Shown piece after piece: positions 1 to 11,773 of a stretch of 64,000 bases of DNA. A program made the translations under genes and the position numbers. The notes beneath the pieces were generated by a model that ran no database searches, was not told the DNA's origin, and worked only from the letters and a program-made list of their open reading frames with translations. This stretch comes from Pristiophorus japonicus (taxonomy: Eukaryota), in assembly GCF_044704955.1 (NCBI RefSeq), contig NC_091997.1, forward strand, positions 42,346,001 to 42,410,000, in the 5' to 3' direction. Every line of letters begins with the position of its first letter. The first letter of the stretch is position 1.

Positions 1-559
1 GCAGCGTCCCAGGGTGCGGTGCTCAGATTCTGGGTGAAGGTCTTGTTGATTTGATCCAAAGTTTGATGGATAACCCGGATCGTGTCCTCGGCCTATAAAA
101 TACACAGCGTTACTTCACGGGAAAGCTCGGTGTTACTCAAAAGGTTACTTGACAATATAGAATATTGCGGTCTGCCCAAATATTATTTATACAATTAAAA
201 GACTGGTCAATAAGTCAGGCACTGTTACAACAGAAATACATTCTGAACGGGATACTTACATTTAAGTTGTTTGAAAGTGTGATCAGATCGAGGGGTTGGG
301 TCTGCAGTGCCACTCTCCTTGTCACACAGTGCCGGGGCAGTCTACCTCCCTGGAACACAGGAGAATTCCGCTTAATACAATTGGCCACACACACAAACTC
401 TGGAGATGGGAGAGATGGCGATCAGTTCAAACTCACCATTTCAATCAGTTTGCCCAGAGTCTTTGTGTTGTGAATGCGCAGCCTCTCACAGCCCAGACTC
501 ATGGTCCCGGCCAACCAGGCCAACATAATCCAACATCTCCAAGCACACGAGAGCGCCAT
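1..559 (-). CDS. Type I interferon, array copy 1 (3' part outside window); coding exons 559-437, 349-260, 92-<1
   Basis: Phase-0 GT-AG splicing gives MALSCAWRCWIMLAWLAGTMSLGCERLRIHNTKTLGKLIEM / GGRLPRHCVTRRVALQTQPLDLITLSNNLN / AEDTIRVIHQTLDQINKTFTQNLSTAPWDA...; signal peptide followed by SLGC; near-identical to the complete copies 2 and 3. Confidence 0.85.
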
Positions 560-587
560 GTTCCAGCACACAGGGTGAAGCACCGAG

Positions 588-683
588 CTGGAATTGCAGA
601 GGGATAAAATCATTAGCGATCAGCATCCGACAAAAGTCATTTTAATGTGGGTTAGTAAGTGAACAAACTCGGCAGTGTCTTAC
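588..683 (-). other. Predicted 5'-UTR intron of array IFN (also 7294-7389 and 14548-14643)
   Basis: CAG|GTAAGA donor and ttccAG acceptor, 96 nt, ending 28 nt before the ATG; positional counterpart at 35310-35407. Confidence 0.65.
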
Positions 684-781
684 CTGTTTAAGGTGAATCC
701 TCTGACAGAGACAAGTGTCAATTGTTGTCAGCCTCAGGAGTGAAGTATCAGAGTAAGACCATGCCGAATATAAATGATCTG

Positions 782-870
782 CTGTTTGCATCACAAAAGT
801 GAAAAGGCAGGTTGGTACCCACAGGGAGATTTTCTGCCCACATTCGATTTTCAGATGCGAGGAATTCACC
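782..870 (-). promoter_or_regulatory. Putative IFN promoter module, copy 1 (IRF element, C/EBP-ATF-like site, kB-like site)
   Basis: Minus strand TTTTCACTTTTGTGATGCAAACAG (782-805) contains AAAGTGAAA and TGATGCAAA; ATCTGAAAATCGAATGTGG (838-856); GGTGAATTCC (861-870). The first two blocks are conserved in the paralog at 35179-35225. Confidence 0.65.
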
Positions 871-1746
871 GTATAAAACAATCCCCAAGAAAAACTGTAA
901 AAGCGGCTCCGATTTCGTCTTCAGTCTTTAGGCATTCTTAGCAGTACCTCGGAGTGGAGGATGTGGTTGTAGCCGCACTCGCGAACTGCCCTGCTCTGAA
1001 TTGAGGATATACCAAAACCCTGTTAAATCCGAAATGAAAGCTACACTGCACTGGGACAATCGGAGCATTTCTAACTGTTGTATTGACCAATGAATCCCCC
1101 AAAATCAGATTGTTCCAACTTTTTGAGAAACCGTCGGTGACCTGACGAGTAAAGCTGTTTGCAATAGTTAACAAATGAACCTCCCCTTCCTCTGTGGGCG
1201 ATCGTTATTCCCTGAGTTATATCCTTCAATTTCCCTAGTTGGGTCTCCCAATATTTTCCTCCTGGGGACGTCCCAGATCTGGCCGGCGGGCCGGAGCTCC
1301 ATTATTCCGTCTCCCTTTCCCTTTCCCTTTTTTTGCGGAAAGATGAATCCCGCCCTTCAGCCTCCGCTCTTTAACGTTAAGGACTGGAGCCTGGTCCCTG
1401 ATTGGTAGATTGAGGGAAGCCTCAATTATGTTTTAAGCCCACCCTTTTCTCCTGATTCACTGGGGCACAGGGCAGCAGTGTTGCTCTATTGAAAAGTCTG
1501 AAGAAAACTTCGCAGACGCAACGTGAACTTGTCTGATGCTGAGCGACCTGCTGAGCACGTTCCCAGAGTTTTCTTTAACTTCCCGCTGCTCTCTAAGGCT
1601 GAATTGCTTTGAACGCGTGTAGTTGAGGCAGAGACCATTCCATCTCTTGAAACAAAGCACAGGAAGGAGCAATAGAGAGTCAGGCAGCATTTCAGCGGGA
1701 TGCTTACCAGATACTCCTCCCCCACCCACCCCGGTGTTGGATGAAC

Positions 1747-1864
1747 ATTGGTTTTCCGATGGCTGGAGACTGGATTTTGTTGGTGATGTTGCCCGGGACA
1801 TGAGCCAGGACTGCCAGTGGCTGCAGTACAGCAAGTTTTTAAAGGAATTCTCAAGAGTAAAATG
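1747..1864 (+). pseudogene. Frameshifted IFN exon-1 relic (unit 1), head-to-head with the intact gene
   Basis: tggagac-tggattttgttggtgatgttgcccgggac-atgagccaggactgc aligns with exon 1 of both intact IFNs. It ends in aaatg|gtgagttt, the same 13 nt as the array gene exon-1 donor. At least two frameshifts; followed directly by a CR1 fragment. Confidence 0.7.
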
Positions 1865-1874
1865 GTGAGTTTAA

Positions 1875-3275
1875 AGAGAGAACATTTTTTAAATGGTGAG
1901 AAACTATGAAATGTTGGTTTTCAGAGAGATGTGTGTGTCCTCGTGCAACAAACACAGACAGTTGGCATTCAGATATAGCAAGCAATAATATGTTTTCCTT
2001 GATTGCAAGGGGTTTCGTTCATAAGAGTAAGGAAGACTTGCTGCAATTGTATAGGGCCTTGGTGAGACCATACCTGGAATACTGTGCACAGTTTTGGTCT
2101 CCTTATCTAAGGAAGGAGATTGAAGGCAGCACAACAAAGGTTGACTGGATTGATTCCTCAGATGAGAAGCTGTCCTATGAGGATAGATTGTGTAGATTGG
2201 ACCTATACTCTCTAGAGTTTAGAAGAATGAGGGGTGCGGGGGGGTGGGGGGCGGAATTGCGGTCAGAGGCTTCCTTCGAACGCAAGCATCCGACATCAAA
2301 AAAGTCTACGAAAGTACCTGGTGGTCTCAGAGGAACGTAGGATCCAAGCGGTGGCCTGCCGGCCTGGACCACCAATCACTGTGTAGTATTCTTATTGATA
2401 AAAATTGGTACTCGGTTTGTACGAGTTCCCATGACTATCAATGAAAATACCCTCCTAAAACACCAAAACACAACATAAAAATAAAACACCTCACATATTT
2501 AAAATTAATTAAAATTAAATGTAATTAAATGTTTTAGAAAAAAATATATTTTTTGAAAAGTTTAAAATGTGTTTTAATAGGGTTGAAAATAAACTTTCCT
2601 TAATAGACAGGGTGTTTTCATTTAAAAATGAGTGATTAAATTTAATTTTTATATGTTTTAAAACTCTTCTATTGGTAAAAGTAAGCTATGTACCTGTTTT
2701 TCGCAGGCGTAAAACTTTGACGGACATCCGCTGGGCATGAGTTGGACAAATAGCCCAATTTCTCCCGCGTGGATGTCCTTCTACTGGGGATGCGATGGAT
2801 CTGTATGGAGAAACCTGGATCGATTGTAAAAGACGGATTTCGGCACATGCGCATCGCAACCCGGAAAGTGGCTTTTATGGGCCCTCACTGGGTCCATGCG
2901 CATTTTGTATGGACCCGATGAGATGACACCTTTAGGCCCTGAGTTGTGATCTCATTGAAACATACAAGGTTCTGAAGGGGATTGATGGGGTGGATACTGA
3001 GAGGTTGCTACCCCTGGCTGAGACATCTAGAACTTGAGTGTGCCGTCTCAGGATAAGCGGAAGGCCATTTAAGACCAAGACGAAGAGCAATTTCTTCACT
3101 CAGGGAGTTGAGTCTTTGCAATTCTCTGCCCCAGAGGGCTGTGGATGCTCAGTCTTTGAGTATGTTCAAGGCTGTGTAAACAGATTTTTGGACTCTCGGG
3201 GATTCAAGGGTTCTGGAGATTGGGCGGGAAAATGGAGTTGAGGTCAATGAATGGCGGCCTACTCCTGCTCTTATC
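1875..3275 (+). mobile_element. CR1-type LINE 3' fragment split by a MITE (also ~8587-9986 and ~15841-17235)
   Basis: LLQLYRALVRPYLEYCAQFWSPYLRK and LYSLEFRRMR|xDLIETYK are CR1 ORF2 C-terminal motifs; the reading resumes after the inserted element. Confidence 0.85.
2231..2939. mobile_element. Non-autonomous PIF/Harbinger-type MITE (also 8943-9650 and 16197-16898)
   Basis: GGG(C)...GCCC ends, 3-bp TGA target duplication inside the CR1, AT-rich core; related copies at 46330-47068 and 51613-52303. Confidence 0.7.
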
Positions 3276-5029
3276 TGGGGATTAGAGTAACCAATCTTAA
3301 CTACTAGTTTCTAGGGCTAATCTCCTGTCGGGGAACGGCTGAGGTTGAGTAGGTTTTATTACAAACTGCATCGACCCCGATGTGGGATATTTCCTTGGCG
3401 TAATTCACATTGAAGTATTAAAATAATGAAGAAATTGTGAAGAAATTGGGTACCGAAATCAAAAGGCCATTTGGGAAGATGAGAATACTATTGACGAACA
3501 TCATTCTGGGAGAAGATCACCGATGTCATATTTTGGCAGGCCTGAAATTCAATGATCTTGCAAAGCATTGATACCAATGTCAATGGGAAGAGGTTTGAGC
3601 ATCAATGCTAAATTTGTGCAATGTCATTCTGATGTCGATGTCGGAACAGCCTCTGAAGCTAACTAGCCGGAATGCAGGATTGTGGAATTACATGGAATTG
3701 CACAGAATTTCTAGCACAGAAACTGATCATTCGGCCCACGTGCTTTATGCTGGTGTTTATGCTCCATCAAACACTGTCTGCATAGCCAGCTATTCCTGCC
3801 TCCCTCTTGTGATTATGTAGCTTTCCCTTAAAAGCATCGATTCTATTTGACCTAACTTCTCGATGTTGGAGCATGTTCCACATTTTAACCACTCTCTGAG
3901 TGAAAACGAATGTCTTATTGATTTAAGAGAATGATTAGTAGTCTCCTGGATTCCAGTCGCCAAAGCAGTTTGTCTCTCTGCTTCTTCTGATGCACAGACT
4001 GGTGAGACTCTGGCAGTCAGTCATACCATGTATTCGCCATTCAGATCTCCTTGAAAGGCATCAATGGGTATGGGGAAAAAGATGGAATATGGTGTTGAGA
4101 TTGAGATCAGCCATGAATATATTGAATGGCGGTGCAGATTCGAAGGACCCAATGGCCGACTACTGCTCCTATTTTCTATGTTTCTATATTTCCAAAGAAT
4201 CATTCACTTTTAGGGGAATGTTCGTACAATAGCTGGTGACAATGTACTCTTCCATTGTAGAGGGAGGGTTTTACCATTGAAAATTCAGCTCAGCGCTCTT
4301 TACATTGATGTACAATGTCGATGCAGAAAATGGCGCGCTAAAAGATTTTGTGAAACACAATTATATTCTGATAATTATCTACCACAAAGTTTACATTTCC
4401 ACTGATGGCTTAAGAATAATCAAAGTGCATGACTGGAATTTGCATTAAGTTACCGAATTTTATTCCAGTGCTACATTGCTTTTGTTAAAGAAAGACGTTA
4501 TATAGTGCCTTTTACGATCACCGGACATCGCAAAACGCTTTACAGTCAATGGAGTACGTTTGGAGTGGAGTCACTATTGTAATATTAACTGGCTGCTTGG
4601 TGCATATACAACTATGTAAAGCTGATGTAATGATTAAACATCTTTGCTTCAGACCTTCTTTGCCACAGGATATAATAAGGTACGTGGAAATGGATGATTG
4701 CAGAAGCTCTTGAAGAGTCATAAGCCGGTTACTCTGCAAAGTGGAGATGAACTGGAACTTGCAGTGGAAACTCCAATGTAACCAAGAAGTAAATCAGTAT
4801 CAAATCTGTAATTTACATACTATTTTATATATATAGTCAATAAAAAATTTGAACTTTCCCACATTATTCGCATTTGGACAGATGGAGGAAGCAAGGATGG
4901 AAAATTTGTGCATAGTTTTAAAGCTGGTGAAATACATTTGTAGCTAAATGTGACTGTACATTAAGCACAAAGCAAGCTTCTGCAAATAACTGTGGGATGA
5001 ATGAGCAGTTAATTGTGTTTCAAAGCAGT

Positions 5030-5190
5030 AAACCAAACTCCCCACCCATCCTTTCCTATATCGAGACTATCTGTCCCACCTGTGACAGAGACTGTAATCC
5101 CCATATTGGACTGTTCAGTCACCTAAGAACTAACTTTTAGAGTGGAAGCAAGTCTTCCTCGATTTCCAGGGACTGCATATGATAATGGTA
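5030..5190 (+). mobile_element. RTE-type LINE 3' end fragment (repeated in each unit)
   Basis: Encodes a CPTCDRDCNPHIGLFSHLRT zinc-finger-like C-terminus followed by a gat/aat-rich tail. Confidence 0.55.
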
Positions 5191-5738
5191 ATCTAGTTTG
5201 GTGGTGCTGGCTGAGGTAGGTATATTGGCCAGCACACTTCGAGTGTTCCCTGCTTTACTTTTGTAAAGTGCCTTTGGAATTTTTACACGGGCGGATCAGG
5301 CCTTGGTTTAAGCTTCCAGTTTCAGGGTGGAAAAGTAACCATTTCCTCCTCTCTGTGAGACATGCACAAATGATTTTATTTGATATAACTGCACCAGCTA
5401 AGAAAAACAGTATTGTTCTTCCAGGAGCCAAACTAAGTCCACTTCATTGTCTCCCAGTGGATATTACAAACTTCTATCCAAGTCGTTTAGGTCGAAATAG
5501 ACACCTAGCACCAGCACTGCCACTCACCACAAGGCAACCTCCGAAGCAATGCAATCAACAGCTTGGGAAATCTACCAATTAGTTGTCTTTAAGTTTCTCT
5601 GAAAACCAGTACTTTTCTGCCTGGGACGTGCTCACATTCACAAACCAGATCCAAACACAGACATCCAGATATATGATCATACAGTCCATTGTAGCAATGA
5701 ATAACACTTAATGAGGCAGAGAGAAGTTGCAAAAATAA

Positions 5739-6103
5739 TTTATTGTAACATTGAAAAATTGTATTTATAAAAAACCTTTCGAACAAGGATCTAGTCAACT
5801 TATAAATATGAATCAATAAATATAAAAAAAATAACATGTTCTTGTAATTTACTTTCCTCACGGTGCAACATCTTAACGCGGTATCGCAAAAATATATGAA
5901 TATAATAACTAAAAATAATTTAACATCTTATTACATGATAATTTCATGATTCCTTCACATTAGCTCTTGAAATGAGAGTTGCTGTAACATTGTCGATGTT
6001 TTAAATAGCAATAACATTGGAATTGTAAAAATATTTGAATAAATACATCAATATCTCCCAGTAATGAGAAAATATTCTGTTTAAAATGTTCACTGCGTGA
6101 CCT
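5739..6103 (-). promoter_or_regulatory. AU-rich 3' UTR and polyadenylation signal of IFN copy 2 (repeated in later units)
   Basis: About four ATTTA pentamers on the minus strand and AATAAA at 5744-5739, typical of cytokine mRNAs. Confidence 0.6.
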
Positions 6104-7265
6104 TCAGTTGCTTTTGCTGATTTTTGCTATTATGGTCTGAATCTGCTGTAAACGGGCCTTGGTCTGAGAGCAGACGATTTTCCAGGCACACTCGCCGAAT
6201 CTCTGTAAAAGGCAGAAATATTGAAATGTATTACCGGGAATATACTGGGAGAAAAAGCAACAATCTGTATTGCAAACTCATGGTACAGTTTTTACGGAAG
6301 GATAAGGATTACTTTGGTCCCGGGGAGCATTGGGACATGGCAAATCTCTTCATGCCGAATTCCTCTGACTGATGTTGCAGTGAAATGATTTATTTTCCAA
6401 CAGATTTCACCGGAAATTCGCACCAGAGGAAATCTTCACAAATACACCGATAGTGTCTCCTTGTAGGGCCTGGAGTCATCGGCAATTTACAGATTGAGGG
6501 ATGTATATTTGGGATACCCACATGGTGCTTCACTCGGGATAAAACATTCAAATATTCATTCCCATACCTCCAGTTCTAAAAACTCCCTCAACTTCCCGAA
6601 GTATTCCTGAATTTCCTCGCTGTTGGAGTATGACAGAGGTTCCCTGACACATCCTCTCAGATCCTCCAGCTGCTGAATCAGTAGAATACGAAACCCTTCC
6701 AGCAGCGCAGCGTCCCAGGGCGCGGTGCTCAGATTCTGGGTGAAGGTCTTGTTGATTTGATCCAAAGTTTGATGGATAACCCGGATCTTGTCCTCGGCCT
6801 ATAAAATACACAGCGTTACTTCACGGGAAAGATCGGTGTTACTCAAAAGGTTACTTGACAATATAGAATATTGCGGTCTGCCCAAATATTATTTATACAA
6901 TTAAAAGACTGGTCAATAAGTCAGGCACTGCTACAACAGAAATACATTCTGCACTGGATACTTACATTTAAGTTGTTTGAAAGTGTGATCAGATCGAGGG
7001 GTTGGGTCTGCAGTGCCACTCTCCTTGTCACACAGTGCCGGGGCAGTCTACCTCCCTGGAACACAGGAGAATTCCGCTTAATACAATTGGCCACACACAC
7101 AAACTCTGGAGATGGGAGAGATGGCGATCAGTTCAAACTCACCATTTCAATCAGTTTGCCCAGAGTCTTTGTGTTGTGAATGCGCAGCCTCTCACAGCCC
7201 AGACTCATGGTCCCGGCCAACCAGGCCAACATAATCCAACATCTCCAAGCACACGAGAGCGCCAT
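6104..7265 (-). CDS. Type I interferon, array copy 2, 180 aa; coding exons 7265-7143, 7055-6966, 6798-6568, 6202-6104
   Basis: Exons of 41, 30, 77 and 32 codons plus TGA, all phase 0 with GT..AG ends and no internal stop. Signal peptide, four canonical-position Cys (SLGC, PRHC, LRGCV, ECAW), IQEYFGKLREFL helix-D motif, final exon RFGECAWKIVCSQTKARLQQIQTIIAKISKSN. N-glycosylation sequons NKT and NLS. Confidence 0.9.
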
Positions 7266-7487
7266 GTTCCAGCACACAGGGTGAAGCACCGAGCTGGAAT
7301 TGCAGAGGGATAAAATCATTAGCGATCAGCATCCGACAAGAGTCATTTTAATGTGGGTTAGTAAGTGAACAAACTCGGCAGTGTCTTACCTGTTTAAGGT
7401 GAATCCTCTGACAGAGACAAGTGTCAATTGTTGTCAGCCTCAGAAGTGAAGTATCAGAGTAAGACCATGCCGAATATAAATGATCTG

Positions 7488-7576
7488 CTGTTTGCATCAC
7501 AAAAGTGAAAAGGCAGGTTGGTACCCACAGGGAGATTTTCTGCCCACATTCGATTTTCAGATGCGAGGAATTCACC
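7488..7576 (-). promoter_or_regulatory. Putative IFN promoter module, copy 2
   Basis: Same motifs as 782-870. Confidence 0.65.
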
Positions 7577-8458
7577 GTATAAAACAATCCCCAAGAAAAA
7601 CTGTAAAAGCGGCTCCGATTTCGTCTTCAGTCTTTAGGCAGTCTTAGCAGTACCTCGGAGTGGAGGATGTGGTTGTAGCCGCACTCGCGAACTGCCCTGC
7701 TCTGAATTGAGGAAATACCAAAACCCTGTTAAATCCGAAATGAAAGCTACACTGCACTGGGACAATCGGAGCATTTCTAACTGTTGTATTGACCAATGAA
7801 TCCCCCAAAATCAGATTGTTCCATCTTTTTGAGAAACCGTCGGTGACCTGACGAGTAAAGCATCAGCTGTTTGCAATATTTAACAAATGAACGTCCCCTC
7901 CCTCTGTGGGCGATCGTTATTCCCTGAGTTATATCCTTCAATTTCCCTAGTTGGGTCTCCCAATATTTTCCTCCTGGGGACGTCCCAGATCTGGCCGGCG
8001 GGCCGGAGCTCCATTATTCCGTCTCCCTTTCCCTTTCCCTTTTTTTGCGGAAAGATGAATCCCGCCCTTCAGCCTCCGCTCTTTAACCTTAAGGACTGGA
8101 GCCTGGTCCCTGATTGGTAGATTGAGGGAAGCCTCAATTATGTTTTAAGCCCACCCTTTTCTCCTGATTCACTGGGGCACAGGGCAGCAGTGTTGCTCTA
8201 TTGAAAAGTCTGAAGAAAACTTCGCAGACGCAACGTGAACTTGTCTGATGCTGAGCGACCTGCTGAGCACGTTCCCAGAGTTTTCTTTAACTTCCCGCTG
8301 CTCTCTAAGGCTGAATTGCTTTGAACGCGTGTAGTTGAGGCAGAGACCATTCCATCTCTTGAAACAAAGCACAGGAAGGAGCAATAGAGAGTCAGGCAGC
8401 ATTTCAGCGGGATGCTTACCAGATACTCCTCCCCCGCCCACCCCGGTGTTGGATGAAC

Positions 8459-8576
8459 ATTGGTTTTCCGATGGCTGGAGACTGGATTTTGTTGGTGATG
8501 TTGCCCGGGACATGAGCCAGGACTGCCAGTGGCTGCAGTACAGCAAGTTTTTAAAGGAATTCTCAAGAGTGAAATG
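8459..8576 (+). pseudogene. Frameshifted IFN exon-1 relic (unit 2)
   Basis: Near-identical copy of 1747-1864. Confidence 0.7.
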
Positions 8577-11326
8577 GTGAGTTTAAAGAGAGAACATTTT
8601 TTAAATGGTGAGAAACTATGAAATGTTGGTTTTCAGAGAGATATGTGTGTCCTCGTGCAACAAACACAGAAAGCTGGCATGCAGATATAGCAAGCAATAA
8701 TATGTTTTCCTTGATTGCAAGGGGTTTCGTTCATAAGAGTAAGGAAGACTTGCTGCAATTGTATAGGGCCTTGGTGAGACCATACCTGGAATACTGTGCA
8801 CAGTTTTGGTCTCCTTATCTAAGGAAGGAGATTGAAGGCAGCACAACAAAGGTTGACTGGATTGATTCCTCAGATGAGAAGCTGTCCTATGAGGATAGAT
8901 TGCGTAGATTGGACCTATACTCTCTAGAGTTTAGAAGAATGAGGGCTGCGGGGGGTGGGGGGCGGAATTGCGGTCAGAGGCTTCCTTCGAACGCAAGCAT
9001 CCGACATCAAAAAAGTCTACGAAAGTACCTGGTGGTCTCAGAGGAACGTAGGATCCAAGCGGTGGCCTGCCGGCCTGGACCACCAATCACTGTGTAGTAT
9101 TCTTATTGATAAAAATTGGTACTCGGTTTGTACGAGTTCCCATGACGATCAATGAGAATACCCTCCTAAAACACCGAAACACAACATAAAAATAAAACAC
9201 CTCACATATTTAAAATTAATTAAAATTAAATGTAATTAAATGTTTTAGAAAAAAATATATTTTTTGAAAAGTTTTAAATGTGTTTTAATAGGGTTGAAAA
9301 TAAACTTACCTTAATAGACAGGGGGTTTTAATTTAAAAATGAGTGATTAAATTTAATTTTTATATGTTTTAAAACTCTTTTATTGGTAAAAGTAAGCTAT
9401 GTATCTGTTTTTCGCAGGCGTAAAACTTTGAAGGACATCCGCTGGGCATGAGTTGGACAAATAGCCCAATCTCTCCCGCGTGGATGTCCTTCTACTGGGG
9501 ATGCGATGGATCTGTATGGAGAAACCTGGATCGATTGTAAAAGACGGATTTCGGCACATGCGCATCGCAACCCGGAAAGTGGCTTTTATGGGCCCTCACT
9601 GGGTCCATGCGCATTTTGTATGGACCCGATGAGATGACACCTTTCGGCCCTGAGTTGTGATCTCATTGAAACATACAAGGTTCTGAAGGGGATTGATGGG
9701 GTGGATACTGAGAGGTTGCTACCCCTGTCTGAGACATCTAGAACTTGAGTGTGCCGTCTCAGGATAAGCGGAAGGCCATTTAAGACCAAGACGAGGAGCA
9801 ATTTCTTCACTCAGGGAGTTGTGAGTCTTTGCAATTCTCTGCCCCAGAGGGCTGTGGATGCTCAGTCTTTGAGTATATTCAAGGCTGTGTAAACAGATTT
9901 TTGGACTCTCGGGGATTCAAGGGTTCTGGAGATTGGGCGGGAAAATGGAGTTGAGGTCAATGAATGGCGGCCTACTCCTGCTCTTATCTGGGGATTAGAG
10001 TAACCAATCTTAACTACTAGTTTCTAGGGCTAATCTCCTGTCGGGGAACGGCTGAGGTTGAATAGGTTTTATTACAAACGGCATCGACCCCGATGTGGGA
10101 TATTTCCTTGGCGTAATTCACATTGAAGTATTAAAATAATGAAGAAATTGCGAAGAAACTGGGTACCAAAATCAAAAGGCCATTTGGGAAGATGAGAATA
10201 CTACTGACGAACATCATTCTGGGAGAAGATCACCGATGTCATATTTTGGCAGGCCTGAAATTCAATGATCTTGCAAAGCATTGATACCAATGTCAATGGG
10301 AAGAGGTTTGAGCATCAATGCTAAATTTGTGCAATGTCATTCTGGTGTCGATGTCGGAACAGACTCTGAAGCTAACTAGCCGGAATGCAGGATTGTGGAA
10401 TTACATGTAATTGCACAGAATTTCTAGCACAGAAACTGATCATTCGGCCCACGTGCTTTATGCTGGTGTTTATGCTCCATCAAACGCTGTCTGCATAGCC
10501 AGCTATTCCTGCCTCCCTCTTGTGATTATGTAGCTTTCCCTTAAAAGCATCGATTCTATTTGACCTAACTTCTCGATGTTGGAGCATGTTCCACATTTTA
10601 ACCACTCTCTGAGTGAAAACGAATGGCTTATTGATTTAAGGGAATGATTAGTAGTCTCCTGGATTCCTGTCGCCAAAGCAGTTTGTCTCTCTGCTTCTTC
10701 TGATGCACAGACTGCTGAGACTCTGGCAGTCAGTCATACCATGTATTCGCCATTCAGATCTCCTTGGAAGGCATCAAGGGGTATGGGGAAAAAGATGGAA
10801 TATGGTGTTGAGATGGAGATCATCCATGAATATATTGAATGGCGGTACAGATTCGAAGGACCCAATTGCCGACTACTGCTCCTATTTTCTATGTTTCTAT
10901 ATTTCCAAAGAATCATTCACTTTTAGGGGAATGTTCGTACAATAGCTGGTGACAATGTACTCTTCCATTGTAGAGGGAGGGTTTTACCATTGGTAATTCC
11001 GCTCAGCGCTCTTCACATTGATGTACAATATCTATGCAGAAAATGGCGCGCTAAAAGAATTTGTGAAACACAATTATATTCTGATAATTATCTACCACAA
11101 AGTTTACATTTCCACTGATGGCTTAAGAATAATCAAAGTGTATGACTGGAATTTGCATTAAGTTACCGAATTTTATTCCAGTGCTACATTGCTTTTGTTA
11201 AAGAAAGACGTTATATAGTGCCTTTTACGATCACCGGACATCGCAAAACGCTTTACAGTCAATGGAGTACGTTTGGAGTGGAGTCACTATTGTAATATTA
11301 ACTGGCTGCTTGGTGCATATACAACT

Positions 11327-11773
11327 ATGTAAAGCTGATGTAATGATTAAACATCTTTGCTTCAGACCTTCTTTGCCACAGGATATAATAAGGTACGTGG
11401 AAATGGATGATTGCAGAAGCTCTTGAAGAGTCATAAGCCGGTTGCTCTGCAAAGTGGAGATGAACTGGAACTTGCAGTGGAAACTCCAATATAACCAAGA
11501 AGTAAATCAGTATCAAATCTGTAATTTACATACTATTTTATATATATAGTCAATAAAAAATTTGAACTTTCCCACATTATTCGCATTTGTCTCATTTTCT
11601 TGTCCATATTGGAGATCCCACTGCAAGCTCCAGTTCATCCCCACTTTGACAGAGCAATCGGGGTATGGGTGTTGAAGAGCATTTGTCACCATCCATCACC
11701 ACGTGACCTTATTATATTCTGTGGCAAAGCAGGACTGAAGCAAATGAGTTTCATCTTTACATCAGCTTTACAT
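11327..11773. repeat. Imperfect ~175-bp inverted repeat (foldback/MITE-like); also 18573-19019; only the left arm remains in unit 1 (~4614-4790)
   Basis: 11327-11501 (atgtaaagctgatgta...gatgaactggaacttgcagtgg) is the reverse complement, with mismatches, of 11597-11773. Confidence 0.85.

Noticed and set aside
165-607. Plus-strand ORFs of 102-103 aa repeated in each unit
   Set aside because: They are antisense shadows of IFN exons 1-2, conserved only because the whole unit is duplicated; one is disrupted in unit 3.
895-1440. CpG-rich segment with GC box (cccgccc) and CCAAT-like ctgattgg as a separate housekeeping promoter
   Set aside because: No associated gene could be found and the motifs alone are too weak; it may be part of the old intergenic region between the divergent IFNs.
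1457-1854. Minus-strand ORFs of 122-125 aa conserved across units as a possible novel gene
   Set aside because: They overlap a decayed Penelope-like terminal repeat and the IFN exon-1 relic, and the frames break in the diverged copy at 21.4-21.9 kb.
3330-3660. Possible exon 2/3 remnants of the plus-strand IFN pseudogene
   Set aside because: No convincing acceptor plus IFN-like translation found by eye.
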